A stretch of 64,000 nucleotides of DNA, taken from IMG/VR virus record IMGVR_UViG_3300032213_003587, positions 1 to 64,000 of that record. One strand, given 5' to 3'. Below the pieces are notes generated by a model. That model did not search any database, had not been told where the DNA came from, and saw only the letters and a program-made list of their open reading frames with translations. Below are positions 50,711-59,205 of this stretch, one piece after another (positions within the stretch are counted from its first letter, which is position 1; each line of letters starts with the position of its first letter). A program made the position numbers and the translations under genes. The stretch comes from a virus.

Positions 50711-50892
50711 TCCTTTCTCATGAAAGCCTGTTTAATTATTACCAGACCAATTTTAATTTGATGCAACACCATAAGTATAGTTTAACTGAGCTGGAAAATA
50801 TGCTGCCCTGGGAAAGGGAAATTTATGTTATGTTATTAATTAACCACCTTGAAGAAGAAAATAAACGATTACAACAACAAAAGAAGGGGTAG
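50707..50892 (+). CDS. gp51: Baseplate hub assembly catalyst (gp51-like)
   Basis: YYQTNFNLMQHHKYSLTELENMLPWEREIYV.LL. Confidence 0.85.
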   Translation: MILSHESLFNYYQTNFNLMQHHKYSLTELENMLPWEREIYVMLLINHLEEENKRLQQQKKG

Positions 50893-50896
50893 TAAC

Positions 50897-51187
50897 ATGA
50901 ATGAAGAACTAAAAGACAAAATAGAATTAGAAAAAGCCACACTGGGATTAAACATTGTTAGAGTATGTACCTATACATTAACTTTTGTAATCATCAGCAT
51001 GTGTGTATCATTGGTTGTTGGTTTGTTCGCACCCAACGATCTGGTAAGCAACGACGAAGTATTTAAAATTCTGAGTCCGGCATTCCAGACCATCATCGGT
51101 GGTTTCATTGGTATCATTACCGGCATTCAAATCGGTAAGTCACAAAAGGATGATGCTCCACCACCCAATGGGCCTGAGGAGGAATAA
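50897..51187 (+). CDS. Small membrane protein (2 TM)
   Basis: Two hydrophobic helices (VCTYTLTFVIISMCVSLVVGLF; PAFQTIIGGFIGIITGI). Start taken at ATG 50897. Confidence 0.6.
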   Translation: MNEELKDKIELEKATLGLNIVRVCTYTLTFVIISMCVSLVVGLFAPNDLVSNDEVFKILSPAFQTIIGGFIGIITGIQIGKSQKDDAPPPNGPEEE

Positions 51188-51189
51188 TC

Positions 51190-51495
51190 ATGGCTGTGGT
51201 TAATCCCAAAGAAGATTGGATGCAGAATAAATGGCGTCCTGCCATGGGTTGGATGTACATGGTCTGCTGCCTGTTTGATTTTGTGATTTTCCCCATCATG
51301 TTTACCGCAGTACAGTTCTGGGAAACACAGGCAGCCAATGATGCATTTCGTCAATGGGTGCCTATTACCCTGCAGAGTGGAGGATTTTTCCACATTGCCA
51401 TGGGTGCTGTGCTGGGTGTGGCTGCCTATGGACGTACTAAAGAGAAAACAGCAGCCATTGAAAACAATTCCATACCAACCGACAATAAAGAGTAA
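51190..51495 (+). CDS. Holin-like membrane protein (GTA-type 3TM holin family)
   Basis: WRPAMGW.Y...C.FDF, W.PITLQ.GG.FH.AMGAVLG..AYGRT.EK; strong GAGGAGG RBS. Confidence 0.7.
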   Translation: MAVVNPKEDWMQNKWRPAMGWMYMVCCLFDFVIFPIMFTAVQFWETQAANDAFRQWVPITLQSGGFFHIAMGAVLGVAAYGRTKEKTAAIENNSIPTDNKE

Positions 51496-51500
51496 ACAAC

Positions 51501-53465
51501 ATGGCCCGCGGAACTAAAACCAAAAGCAAGGGTATATCCTTAGAAGAATTGATGCAGGCGCAGGAACGCATGATGACTGCCGGCGAACTGTCTGAAAAAC
51601 AACTAGAGATTGCTAAAGAACAGCTAAGCAAATTAGATACCATTGCTAAAGCAGCAGTTGTCAATGATCTACAAATGGCCAAAGAAGATTCGGACATTAG
51701 AAAGATCGTTACAAGAAGAGCAGTACCCGGTTCCGTGGGCCTAGTTGACGTTAAAAATGAAATAAAGAATCTTAGCTCGGATATCAAACGAGGATTGCCA
51801 AAATTCCTGCAGGAAAAAGGTCGGAGCAGCAAGAAAGACGCAGAAGACAAACCGTTAACTGAGGCCGAGCGCAACCAGCGACTCACCAAGCTGGCAGAAG
51901 TCATCGGAGAAAAAGTTAAACTTCAGAAAGGCGGCAGCCTCAATGAAACGCTGACCGCTAAAAATCGCGGAACCTTTGATCAATTTATCAAAGAGACTGA
52001 GCGACGCGATAGCCTGCTGGCAGAGGCCAACGAAGATCAGCGAGAGATATTTCAGCAGATTGAAGACACGTTAATCAAACTTCAGGAAGCCGGCAGTGAA
52101 GACAGCAAGGTCCTGAGAAAAGAATTGGAGCGCCTGCGTGGTGCCATGGAAGCCACTGAGGATACCGGCGCTAAAAAATCACTGATGGGTCTTGCAGAAA
52201 GAACCAGTGAAAATGCTGCTGCGGGTGTGCGCGGCAATCAGGGAACCTTTGGTGATGCATTGAAGGCTCTGCTTGGTCGTCGAGAAGTATTGAAGAGTGG
52301 CATGAGCCGCGACGCCAACGGCGACATATTTAACGCTAAAGGTGAGAAGGTAGATGCCAAAGATGCGGTCATGGGGCGCGGTGCCGCTGCTGGTTCTATA
52401 CTTGGCAATATGATGATGGAAAAATTTGAGCGTGGTTTTGAAAATAAGCGCACGGAAAAGACTCAGAATTTTCTAGACAATTTCCGTTCCACTGAAACAC
52501 GGGCTCGACCAAATATTCTGCAGGGACAGCAGGATCAGCTCATGGGGAGTGGACCTAAAGTTAAAGTTGAAGCGCGAGCCAAGGGTGGTCCTATTGTCAA
52601 AGGTCGACCCTATCTTGTCGGAGAAAAAGGTCCGGAATTAATTGTACCTAAAAGCGATGGTCAGGTAAATCCCTTACCTAAAGCTGAGGTCAAGGAAAAT
52701 ACCATGTTCAGCGATGCCGGTTCATACCGAGCTGACGATGCCGCTGGCCCATTTGCCAAAGGCTCGGAAAAAATTGTCAAGGCCATCAAAGAACTTACTG
52801 ATGTAGTAAAAAATCAACAGAACAACGGCCCGGGCGTTCCGCCTATCATTCCCACAGGCATGGGTGGTAAACCAACTGGTGGTGGCCGCCCAAATGCCGG
52901 CAATGCTGCCAAGGCCGCCAAGAACGTCAAACCCGGTAGTCCCGTAGTCATGGGTCTGTCGTTAATTGCCGGCTATTTTGGCATGAACATGATCGACGAC
53001 ATGGAAGAAAAGGCGCGGGCAGAACGTACGGCCAAATATGATGCCATGATTGCCAGCGGAGATCCTGAACAAGTAGCCAAGGGTCAGTTCATGAAAGAAC
53101 AGGAAATGTCGACCTTTGAAAAATTAGGCAACATTAAAAATCAATTCAATGAATTGAACAGTCCGGAAAGACAGGAACGCTTAAAAGATGCGCCCTGGTA
53201 TACTAGATATCTGGGCATTGGCGACGACTCCGCAGTGGCTCCGAGTCTGCGTCCCGCACAAGGACCGGAAATAGCGGCTCGCACTACTGCCATAGCAGAT
53301 CAACGCTCCGCTGCTGCGGCTCCGGTTATTATCAACGCACCTACTGTGAATGCTCCAACTACCAAGGGCGGTGATAACACAGTAACCACGGTGATGCGAG
53401 CTCCGGTGCGACCCGAAGACAATGCGTTCAATAATTACATGAACCGACTATACAACGCTTTCTAA
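51501..53465 (+). CDS. Putative tape measure / gp29-like baseplate hub protein
   Basis: 654 aa, helical/coiled-coil, contains RAKGGPIVKGRPYLVGEKGPELIVP, C-terminal PVIINAP; follows gp26/gp51. Confidence 0.65.
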   Translation: MARGTKTKSKGISLEELMQAQERMMTAGELSEKQLEIAKEQLSKLDTIAKAAVVNDLQMAKEDSDIRKIVTRRAVPGSVGLVDVKNEIKNLSSDIKRGLPKFLQEKGRSSKKDAEDKPLTEAERNQRLTKLAEVIGEKVKLQKGGSLNETLTAKNRGTFDQFIKETERRDSLLAEANEDQREIFQQIEDTLIKLQEAGSEDSKVLRKELERLRGAMEATEDTGAKKSLMGLAERTSENAAAGVRGNQGTFGDALKALLGRREVLKSGMSRDANGDIFNAKGEKVDAKDAVMGRGAAAGSILGNMMMEKFERGFENKRTEKTQNFLDNFRSTETRARPNILQGQQDQLMGSGPKVKVEARAKGGPIVKGRPYLVGEKGPELIVPKSDGQVNPLPKAEVKENTMFSDAGSYRADDAAGPFAKGSEKIVKAIKELTDVVKNQQNNGPGVPPIIPTGMGGKPTGGGRPNAGNAAKAAKNVKPGSPVVMGLSLIAGYFGMNMIDDMEEKARAERTAKYDAMIASGDPEQVAKGQFMKEQEMSTFEKLGNIKNQFNELNSPERQERLKDAPWYTRYLGIGDDSAVAPSLRPAQGPEIAARTTAIADQRSAAAAPVIINAPTVNAPTTKGGDNTVTTVMRAPVRPEDNAFNNYMNRLYNAF

Positions 53466-53471
53466 TAGTAG

Positions 53472-53496
53472 AAACCCCGCCGAAGCGGGGTTTTTT
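53472..53496. terminator. Bidirectional rho-independent terminator
   Basis: AAACCCCGC-CGAA-GCGGGGTTTTTT between convergent genes; reads C-UUCG-G tetraloop on the minus strand. Confidence 0.9.
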
Positions 53497-53507
53497 GTTG
53501 CTTGCGA

Positions 53508-54410
53508 TTAATCGTCGGCAGCTAGCTTGGCAAAGTAGCTAAGACTTTCATCATCCTCTTCTTCAACCGCGGCCTTGGGTGCGGCTTTAGCCACAGCCTT
53601 AACAGCCGGTGTGTCTTCGTCGAGGTCCATCTTTTCAGCTCGCGCCACAGCGGCATTGGCACCACTTAGCACACCATCCAATTTCTTCTTGAGCTCTTCG
53701 TAGCTCTTGAAGTTGCTTGGATCCAGGAATGCCTGCAGACTGTGCTGGTTGTTCCAAACCTTTTCAATTTCCGCATCATCTTCACTCAATGCCGCTGTGG
53801 CATCAAATTCCGACTTGTCGTAGTTACGATAACCTTCGACATTGCGAATCTTGAGTTTAAAGTTTGCACCCTTCCAGAAGTCAAAAGGATTGACTGGTGC
53901 TTCGTCTTCGAACTGCGGCTGCATCACATCCTTGATCTTGTCGAAGATTTTCTTGCCAAACTTAAACAGCTTGACCTTGCCTTCGTTTTCCGGATGCTTG
54001 CTATCGCTGATGATTAAGACATTACAAATATAGCTCAGCTTGCGCTTCTGCTTTCGTGCCACTTCTTTGCTGGCTTCGCTACCGCTGTTCCAGAGCTCGT
54101 TGTTGAGTTCGGATACTGGATCAGGTTTGCCGATGGTGGTCAGTGAATTCTCAATATACCACTTCCCGGTTGGACCCTGAAAACCATGATTCCAAATACG
54201 CACCCAGGGCAGCTCTTCACCTTTGGGCGGGGGCAAGAAACGAATTACTGCATAGCCATTGCCGGACTTATCTACTTCCGGTTGCCAAAAACGATCGTCA
54301 TCCCGACTGTTACTACCACCTTCGGGTTTGCCAATCTTTTCAACTTCCTTCATGAGGTTGTCAAAATTACCGCGGCTGCTGCGTAGTTCGCTTAGACTAT
54401 TGAATGCCAT
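53508..54410 (-). CDS. gp32: Single-stranded DNA-binding protein
   Basis: DDRFWQPEVDKSGNGYAVIRFLP, HGFQGPTGKWYIENSLTT, FGKKIFDKI, NPFDFWKGANFKLKI, acidic tail LSYFAKLA. Confidence 0.97.
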   Translation of the reverse strand: MAFNSLSELRSSRGNFDNLMKEVEKIGKPEGGSNSRDDDRFWQPEVDKSGNGYAVIRFLPPPKGEELPWVRIWNHGFQGPTGKWYIENSLTTIGKPDPVSELNNELWNSGSEASKEVARKQKRKLSYICNVLIISDSKHPENEGKVKLFKFGKKIFDKIKDVMQPQFEDEAPVNPFDFWKGANFKLKIRNVEGYRNYDKSEFDATAALSEDDAEIEKVWNNQHSLQAFLDPSNFKSYEELKKKLDGVLSGANAAVARAEKMDLDEDTPAVKAVAKAAPKAAVEEEDDESLSYFAKLAADD

Positions 54411-54420
54411 ATTAGTATCT

Positions 54421-54452
54421 CCTTGTATTTACGTTGTATAGGCGTTGTATGT
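54421..54452 (-). promoter_or_regulatory. Putative gp32 translational operator (3 x 11-nt repeats)
   Basis: ATACAACG, ATACAACG, ATACAAGG at exact 11-nt spacing; the last copy merges into the AGGAG RBS. Confidence 0.5.
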
Positions 54453-54620
54453 TTACTGCTGTTCTTCATCTAGTTCCTGCTCATCAAAATCCAATTCTTC
54501 ATCGGACATCATAGTATATATGGTCTGAGGATATTTGTCAATACGTTTTTCCGACCGATATTCTCTTTTACTTCGAACTTCGTCATCATAATCCGATGTA
54601 CGATACTTCTTTACCGACAT
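54453..54620 (-). CDS. Hypothetical small protein
   Basis: MSVKKYRTSD... with a GGAG RBS; basic N-terminus and acidic C-terminus. Confidence 0.5.
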   Translation of the reverse strand: MSVKKYRTSDYDDEVRSKREYRSEKRIDKYPQTIYTMMSDEELDFDEQELDEEQQ

Positions 54621-54643
54621 TTCAATCTCCGTATTTTCCCGAA

Positions 54644-54850
54644 TCACACCTTAATAAATGGCCAACGACTTACTCGCTCAGCCAAATAAGCCTGATTCTT
54701 TCCAAGTTGAATAATAAATTTATGCGTTTCGCGGATCATGTCATGCAGTTGGTTGATTTCAAAAACCATGTCCTGCACTCGATGTTCGAGATTTTCAAGG
54801 CGTGCTTCAGTTAAATCAGGTAAATCTTCCGAGGATAGTTCTGTAGTCAT
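54644..54850 (-). CDS. Hypothetical coiled-coil protein
   Basis: 68-aa ORF with AAGGA RBS overlapping the gp59 end. Confidence 0.5.
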   Translation of the reverse strand: MTTELSSEDLPDLTEARLENLEHRVQDMVFEINQLHDMIRETHKFIIQLGKNQAYLAERVSRWPFIKV

Positions 54851-55418
54851 CTTCCTTGATCCGTAAAAATGGATTATACTTGCGAATAAGTCTGCTAAGA
54901 TCCGGCCATATCAAAGTATCCTTGCAATTGTCATTGACGTTGGCTGCCCAATTCATCAATTTGTTTAAAATCACCAGAGTTTCGATTTGAATGGTCTTTC
55001 TCAAATAACAGCGCACAATCAGCGGATGTTGACCTTCGATGCTGTTTAATGCATCAGCCAGGTTATTTATTCCGGCCTCGTCACATTCTGTCTGTAAAAT
55101 ATGCAGATCCTGTTCAAATCGATAACGCAGACTTTCTCGACGAGCCAACCATTGACGATAACATTCGGTGGCTTCACTATCATACACTCCACCATAGCGA
55201 TTACCATCCACAAAGTTGGCTAGAAAGAAGTCACAGATTTCGGCATCCTTGTACTGCTTGACCAGACGACGAAACTGCGGTTCCTTGCCGGTGTCGAAAA
55301 AGCTCTTGCGACTTGCTCGAATACGACCCCGCATTTTTATAACGTCGTAGTCTTCGGTTTGAAAGTGATTGCGCATTGCCAGGTACATCTTATAGGCTTC
55401 AAACTCAGTCATAATCAT
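54816..55418 (-). CDS. gp59: Helicase loader
   Basis: FEAYKMYLAMRNHF...YD..K..G, HP.I...YL.K.I..ETLVIL, KY.PFL; synteny gp33-gp59-gp32. Confidence 0.9.
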   Translation of the reverse strand: MIMTEFEAYKMYLAMRNHFQTEDYDVIKMRGRIRASRKSFFDTGKEPQFRRLVKQYKDAEICDFFLANFVDGNRYGGVYDSEATECYRQWLARRESLRYRFEQDLHILQTECDEAGINNLADALNSIEGQHPLIVRCYLRKTIQIETLVILNKLMNWAANVNDNCKDTLIWPDLSRLIRKYNPFLRIKEDDYRTILGRFT

Positions 55419-55765
55419 AGAGGTAGTCTACCACTTTTCTTCATCATATTAGACTCTTCGGCTTCTAACCGAATCTTTTCTCGGAGGCTTTTATTGATCA
55501 GTGGAGCCACTACTTCAATATCAATGTCTTTTTCCGCACAGTAATTGATTACAATTTCCATGTGCGGTACACCGCTTTCAACATGCTGTCGTTCCACAAA
55601 CAAACTAAACTCGTTAGCTGAACTAAACTCACGACTAATGACAAATTGAGTAGTAATCTCCGGTCCATTTTCCGGTACTATGCGTTGATCTACAATCTCA
55701 CCTTTTTTATTGGTGAGCTGCAGACCAACTATTTCCCTGGCACCAATCTTTTCGTTGATTGCCAT
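55415..55765 (-). CDS. gp33: Late transcription coactivator
   Basis: FS..VE.......ME.VI.YC....I..E.V..LI.K.L.EKI..EA...N......LP. Confidence 0.85.
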   Translation of the reverse strand: MAINEKIGAREIVGLQLTNKKGEIVDQRIVPENGPEITTQFVISREFSSANEFSLFVERQHVESGVPHMEIVINYCAEKDIDIEVVAPLINKSLREKIRLEAEESNMMKKSGRLPL

Positions 55766-55766
55766 A

Positions 55767-56678
55767 TTACACTTCTACGGGAGTTACACCAGCATGAGCC
55801 TGTTGATTCTGTGCCTGCAGATGCTGCTGTGTAAATGTGGCCACTGCTGCCAGATCACAGACATACTCATAGGTTCCTACATGCACGGTACGAGTCCAAG
55901 GTGCCAACCAAATTTTGCCGCCGAGTTGACGCCAGCGTTTGCAGAAGGTAAAGTCTTCGGAGGTATAGGCACGAGTTTCTGGATCAATGCTAACATCGAA
56001 GTAAGCATGAGCTTCACGATGTGGATCTGTAACACGAGTCATGGTCTTTGGATCCATGGTTTCGGAACCGCCGCTGATGATCTTGATCTCCGGCAATTCA
56101 GCTGCCATCTTGGTAAATACATCGCGGTTAACCAACATCAGGCCAGTGGCAATGCTTTCTACTTCTACTGGCTCGGCAATATTAAATGTCAGGCTGTCAC
56201 CTACGGGCTTGAAGGTTGATTCCGCAACCACGGCATTGATGGCATGACCAGGAATGTCGGGATTGCCTTTGACCACATTCTTAACTACTTCCCAGTTAAT
56301 TTTCTTCTTGGCATATTGACCGCCAATAATGTCTTTGTCGCACTGAATCATGCGCATCACATCGTCGGCATCAAAGCCCAGGTCGGCATCCAGGAACAGC
56401 AGATGTGTGGCCTGTGATTTAAGGAATCCTTCCACCAGAATATTACGAGCCTTGGTAATCAGGCTTTCATTGGCGGCAATTTCAAACATCGCTGGAATAC
56501 CGGCCTGACCAAGGCGGTTCAAGAGATTGATCAAACTGATCATGTACATGTAATTGCATTGGCCGCCGAACATCGGAGTAGCGATGAATACGCTCTTCTG
56601 CTTAGGTGGTTGGGGTTTATTAATGAACAGCGGATTAATCTGTTTGTTAGGATTACGCTGCGGCGGCTTTAGTTTCAT
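55767..56678 (-). CDS. Glycosyltransferase-like (GT-A fold) protein
   Basis: VFIATPMFGG.C, NESLITKARN, THLLFLDAD (DxD), ATGLML, SED..FC.RW. Confidence 0.75.
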   Translation of the reverse strand: MKLKPPQRNPNKQINPLFINKPQPPKQKSVFIATPMFGGQCNYMYMISLINLLNRLGQAGIPAMFEIAANESLITKARNILVEGFLKSQATHLLFLDADLGFDADDVMRMIQCDKDIIGGQYAKKKINWEVVKNVVKGNPDIPGHAINAVVAESTFKPVGDSLTFNIAEPVEVESIATGLMLVNRDVFTKMAAELPEIKIISGGSETMDPKTMTRVTDPHREAHAYFDVSIDPETRAYTSEDFTFCKRWRQLGGKIWLAPWTRTVHVGTYEYVCDLAAVATFTQQHLQAQNQQAHAGVTPVEV

Positions 56679-56681
56679 GAT

Positions 56682-56876
56682 CTACCAATCTCCATTGTCG
56701 AAACAAAAATAAAATTTAAAAAATAAGCACTTCAGATTGATGGTAGGGTAGTCTTTGCGACATCCCCAACCATCTTCATAGTATATATCTAACTTCCACC
56801 AACTCCAATTTACTGGGTTTAAAATAATTGTAAACTCTAGAGTGCTGAAAGTCAATAACTTCTTCCAGGTTTTCAT
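56682..56876 (-). CDS. Hypothetical small protein
   Basis: 64-aa ORF filling the gap between two same-strand genes. Confidence 0.45.
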   Translation of the reverse strand: MKTWKKLLTFSTLEFTIILNPVNWSWWKLDIYYEDGWGCRKDYPTINLKCLFFKFYFCFDNGDW

Positions 56877-56878
56877 GA

Positions 56879-57415
56879 TTAGTAAAAGATGTGATTGCCA
56901 ATTCTAGCCTTGGGTTTGCGTTTCCAGCCCGGGTTTACATAGGTGGCATGAAAGAATTTTGCGCCTCGAAGTTCCGGTAGACGCACACCGTCAAGCATTA
57001 CACGTCGCGCTACTCGCAGACTTTCTGCATACAATTCCGGTGCACGAATTTTTAAATTGCCTTCACATACCCAGCTGAACTGACATACAGTGATTCCCTG
57101 GTTGTGAGACTTTTGATGTACAACACCACAGACGGTACCGGGATAGTCTCCGCTCTGCACTCGATTCATGGTAACCTGGGCCACGGCAATTTTACCGCGA
57201 TAGGGTTCGCTGCCGCTTTCAAAGTAAATATTGCGAGCCATGCAGACAATTTCTTTCTGCAATCTCTGCTCTTCCTTCTTTCTAAATTCTGCATATTTCT
57301 GCTGCATAGCAGCATCGGCAGCCTGTGCCGGTGTGATGGGATTACTGACTGTACCTAAACCAAACGATAAAAACATTACTGCAAAGAAAATTTTTGTGAT
57401 GTGCTTGTTTAGCAT
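56879..57415 (-). CDS. SleB/CwlJ-type cell wall hydrolase (Hydrolase_2) with signal peptide
   Basis: CMARNIYFESGSE...GKIAVAQVTMNRV, CGVV.Q, CQFSW.C, FFHATYVNP.W, IGNHIFY; hydrophobic N-terminus ending AQA. Confidence 0.9.
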   Translation of the reverse strand: MLNKHITKIFFAVMFLSFGLGTVSNPITPAQAADAAMQQKYAEFRKKEEQRLQKEIVCMARNIYFESGSEPYRGKIAVAQVTMNRVQSGDYPGTVCGVVHQKSHNQGITVCQFSWVCEGNLKIRAPELYAESLRVARRVMLDGVRLPELRGAKFFHATYVNPGWKRKPKARIGNHIFY

Positions 57416-57435
57416 TACTTCTCCTTTAAGTTGCA

Positions 57436-57451
57436 GGGCGGCGAACCGCCC
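57436..57451 (-). promoter_or_regulatory. GC-rich UUCG hairpin without U-tract (RNA stability/processing element)
   Basis: GGGCGG-TTCG-CCGCCC between the 89-aa gene stop and the sleB RBS. Confidence 0.55.
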
Positions 57452-57458
57452 CTTCCCG

Positions 57459-57728
57459 TTAGGCAGATTTTTTGCTTACTTTATCTGTGGGTGTATTGGA
57501 AACGAAGCCGTTGAGCTCTTTGGCTTTATTGATGACATCGGTTTCACTGGGATATGCTGGCACTGCTGGATGGTCTGGAATAGCGCCGCCGTTTAATTTG
57601 GCAACCTCGACCCTAATGCGCCAGTCTTCTTGAAGTTGATCACGCTTGCCAAAGTATTCTTCGACCAGCATGTCTTTCGCCATTTTTAGAAGTTCAAGGC
57701 GAATCTCGAACGGAGTTAGATTACTCAT
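57459..57728 (-). CDS. Conserved hypothetical phage protein (89 aa)
   Basis: MSNLTPFEIRLELLKMAKDML...YPSE.DVI.KAKELNGFVS; GAAAGG RBS. Confidence 0.75.
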   Translation of the reverse strand: MSNLTPFEIRLELLKMAKDMLVEEYFGKRDQLQEDWRIRVEVAKLNGGAIPDHPAVPAYPSETDVINKAKELNGFVSNTPTDKVSKKSA

Positions 57729-57759
57729 GATGTTACCTTTCTGTGTTGTGAGTGTGTAG

Positions 57760-57799
57760 TGGAAGTTTTAGGGATCTTCCAACCCTAAGATTATTTATC
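57760..57799 (-). promoter_or_regulatory. Late promoter GATAAATA (57792-57799) followed by an H-type pseudoknot leader
   Basis: AGGG/CCCT (S1) and TGGAAG/CTTCCA (S2) interleaved, then a C/A-rich tract. Confidence 0.6.
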
Positions 57800-57801
57800 T
57801 A

Positions 57802-57876
57802 TCAACGATTTGCGATGTACATGGTGATTTCAAAACCAAAACGCAGATCCTGTGCTGAGGGGGTGGTCCATTTCAT
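57802..57876 (-). CDS. pqqA: Pyrroloquinoline quinone precursor peptide PqqA
   Basis: Not in the ORF track. MKWTTPSAQDLRFGFEITMYIANR* (24 aa) with W..P...DLR.GFE-xxx-Y (EITMY); AGGAG RBS upstream. Confidence 0.95.
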   Translation of the reverse strand: MKWTTPSAQDLRFGFEITMYIANR

Positions 57877-57945
57877 ATCAATCTCCTGGTTGTGCAGAAA
57901 AATTTCTGCTATTATATCTATGCAAATCACCGCTACAGGAAATCA

Positions 57946-58602
57946 TTAATCTGCCATAATAGTATCGCGCCATAACTTGGCTTGATTTAAATCATTATTT
58001 CTCAATGTATTTATGATGTCTTTATCAACGAGATTGGGATCAACCCACCAATCTTCAAAAGCACCATAACCTTCCACACTAACATTACTAATCACCAATT
58101 CATATCCATGATTGGTCAAATATTCTCTGCTTTGATCTCGAATGTCGTTGCCAGCCAAATAGCTATCATGTTCGAATGTAATTACTCGATAACGACGTTG
58201 GCTGGTATTAAAAATCTGCTGCAGAGCTTGAAATGTAATGTTCGGTGGATCGCAGTCCATGCTCAGATAATCGATGATCTGATCGGTGATGTCTGCTTGA
58301 TTGAGCAGATCATTGTAGTCCACATAACAGGCATCGGCCAGGACTGCGGGATTGGCTCGTTCAGCATTGAACTGATTCACTGCATGCGGTAAAATATCCA
58401 GGCTCACCCCTCGCCAGGTAAAGGCATTTTCCAGCAACCAGGTGTTGTTGGTGTATTCCGGAACATTGCAGCCAATCTCCAGATAGGAGCCGTGTTCTTT
58501 GCCATCCAGCATCTGTATGACAAACAAATCCTGACCGGCCTGACTGCCGTTGCGATCTATGTCTTCACTGCCGGGAAATTTATGCTTTAAATTCAAATTC
58601 AA
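57946..58602 (-). CDS. FkbM-like SAM-dependent methyltransferase
   Basis: SQAGQD.FV, YLEIG, NNT.LLE...W.G..LD, IDYLS.D.DP, ITFEHD, EDWWV. Confidence 0.75.
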   Translation of the reverse strand: MNLNLKHKFPGSEDIDRNGSQAGQDLFVIQMLDGKEHGSYLEIGCNVPEYTNNTWLLENAFTWRGVSLDILPHAVNQFNAERANPAVLADACYVDYNDLLNQADITDQIIDYLSMDCDPPNITFQALQQIFNTSQRRYRVITFEHDSYLAGNDIRDQSREYLTNHGYELVISNVSVEGYGAFEDWWVDPNLVDKDIINTLRNNDLNQAKLWRDTIMAD

Positions 58603-58605
58603 CTC

Positions 58606-59166
58606 CTAGGGATTGGTTGCGTGATGCGGTACATCAAATATAAATGACACTCGTGGAACATCCGCAACATTCTCACTCCAATGATGATACTTGTTATTGA
58701 ACCACATCAGGGTACCGGGTTCGATGACCACCGCTTCGACGGTGCCATCGGGATCTTCCACACTATACTTATAGCGTCCCTGCAGACTCAGATGATATCG
58801 ATCCTTGTCCAGATAATAGCTTCCATGATCAATGTGACGTCCAACCTTCATGCCTACGGGCAGACTGAAGAACGCACAGCGTCGCACTGCATGAAAATTT
58901 TCCTTTAGGAAATCCACCATGGCGCGATGATGCTTCAGCGCCGGTGTTTGATGACAAATTTCGGTATCACCGACATATTGACCTAATCGCTCAATACCAC
59001 CCATGACTAACTGTAGAATATCTACAGTGGTTTCGTATTTAGCCGGATCCTGCAGAGCCGTGCCCGGAAGCTTTTTCTGCGCACCCCAATCGTCTTTGAA
59101 TTCTTCTAACTGTGCAAGAATTTCATCAACATTGATGCCGGTTCTAATTATGCGAATATTCTTCAT
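58606..59166 (-). CDS. Aspartyl/asparaginyl beta-hydroxylase-like Fe(II)/2OG dioxygenase
   Basis: HID.G.YY...DRYHLSLQG, WFNNK..H, R...IFD. Confidence 0.75.
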   Translation of the reverse strand: MKNIRIIRTGINVDEILAQLEEFKDDWGAQKKLPGTALQDPAKYETTVDILQLVMGGIERLGQYVGDTEICHQTPALKHHRAMVDFLKENFHAVRRCAFFSLPVGMKVGRHIDHGSYYLDKDRYHLSLQGRYKYSVEDPDGTVEAVVIEPGTLMWFNNKYHHWSENVADVPRVSFIFDVPHHATNP

Positions 59167-59175
59167 TGAAATACT

Positions 59176-59204
59176 ATTATGTATTAAATCAGCAATAAAG
59201 TCAA
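59176..59204 (-). promoter_or_regulatory. Sigma70-type promoter
   Basis: TTGACT-N17-CATAAT, 9 nt before the ATG at 59166. Confidence 0.7.
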
Positions 59205-59205
59205 T

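Noticed and set aside
57729-57945. Glutamine (glnA) riboswitch upstream of the sleB operon
   Set aside because: I could not match the conserved glnA motif by eye; only the pseudoknot is supported. An Rfam scan would settle it.
57752-57949. 65-aa plus-strand ORF over the pqqA region
   Set aside because: Antisense to pqqA, GTG start without RBS, no recognisable features; the many other short antisense ORFs in the track were dismissed the same way.
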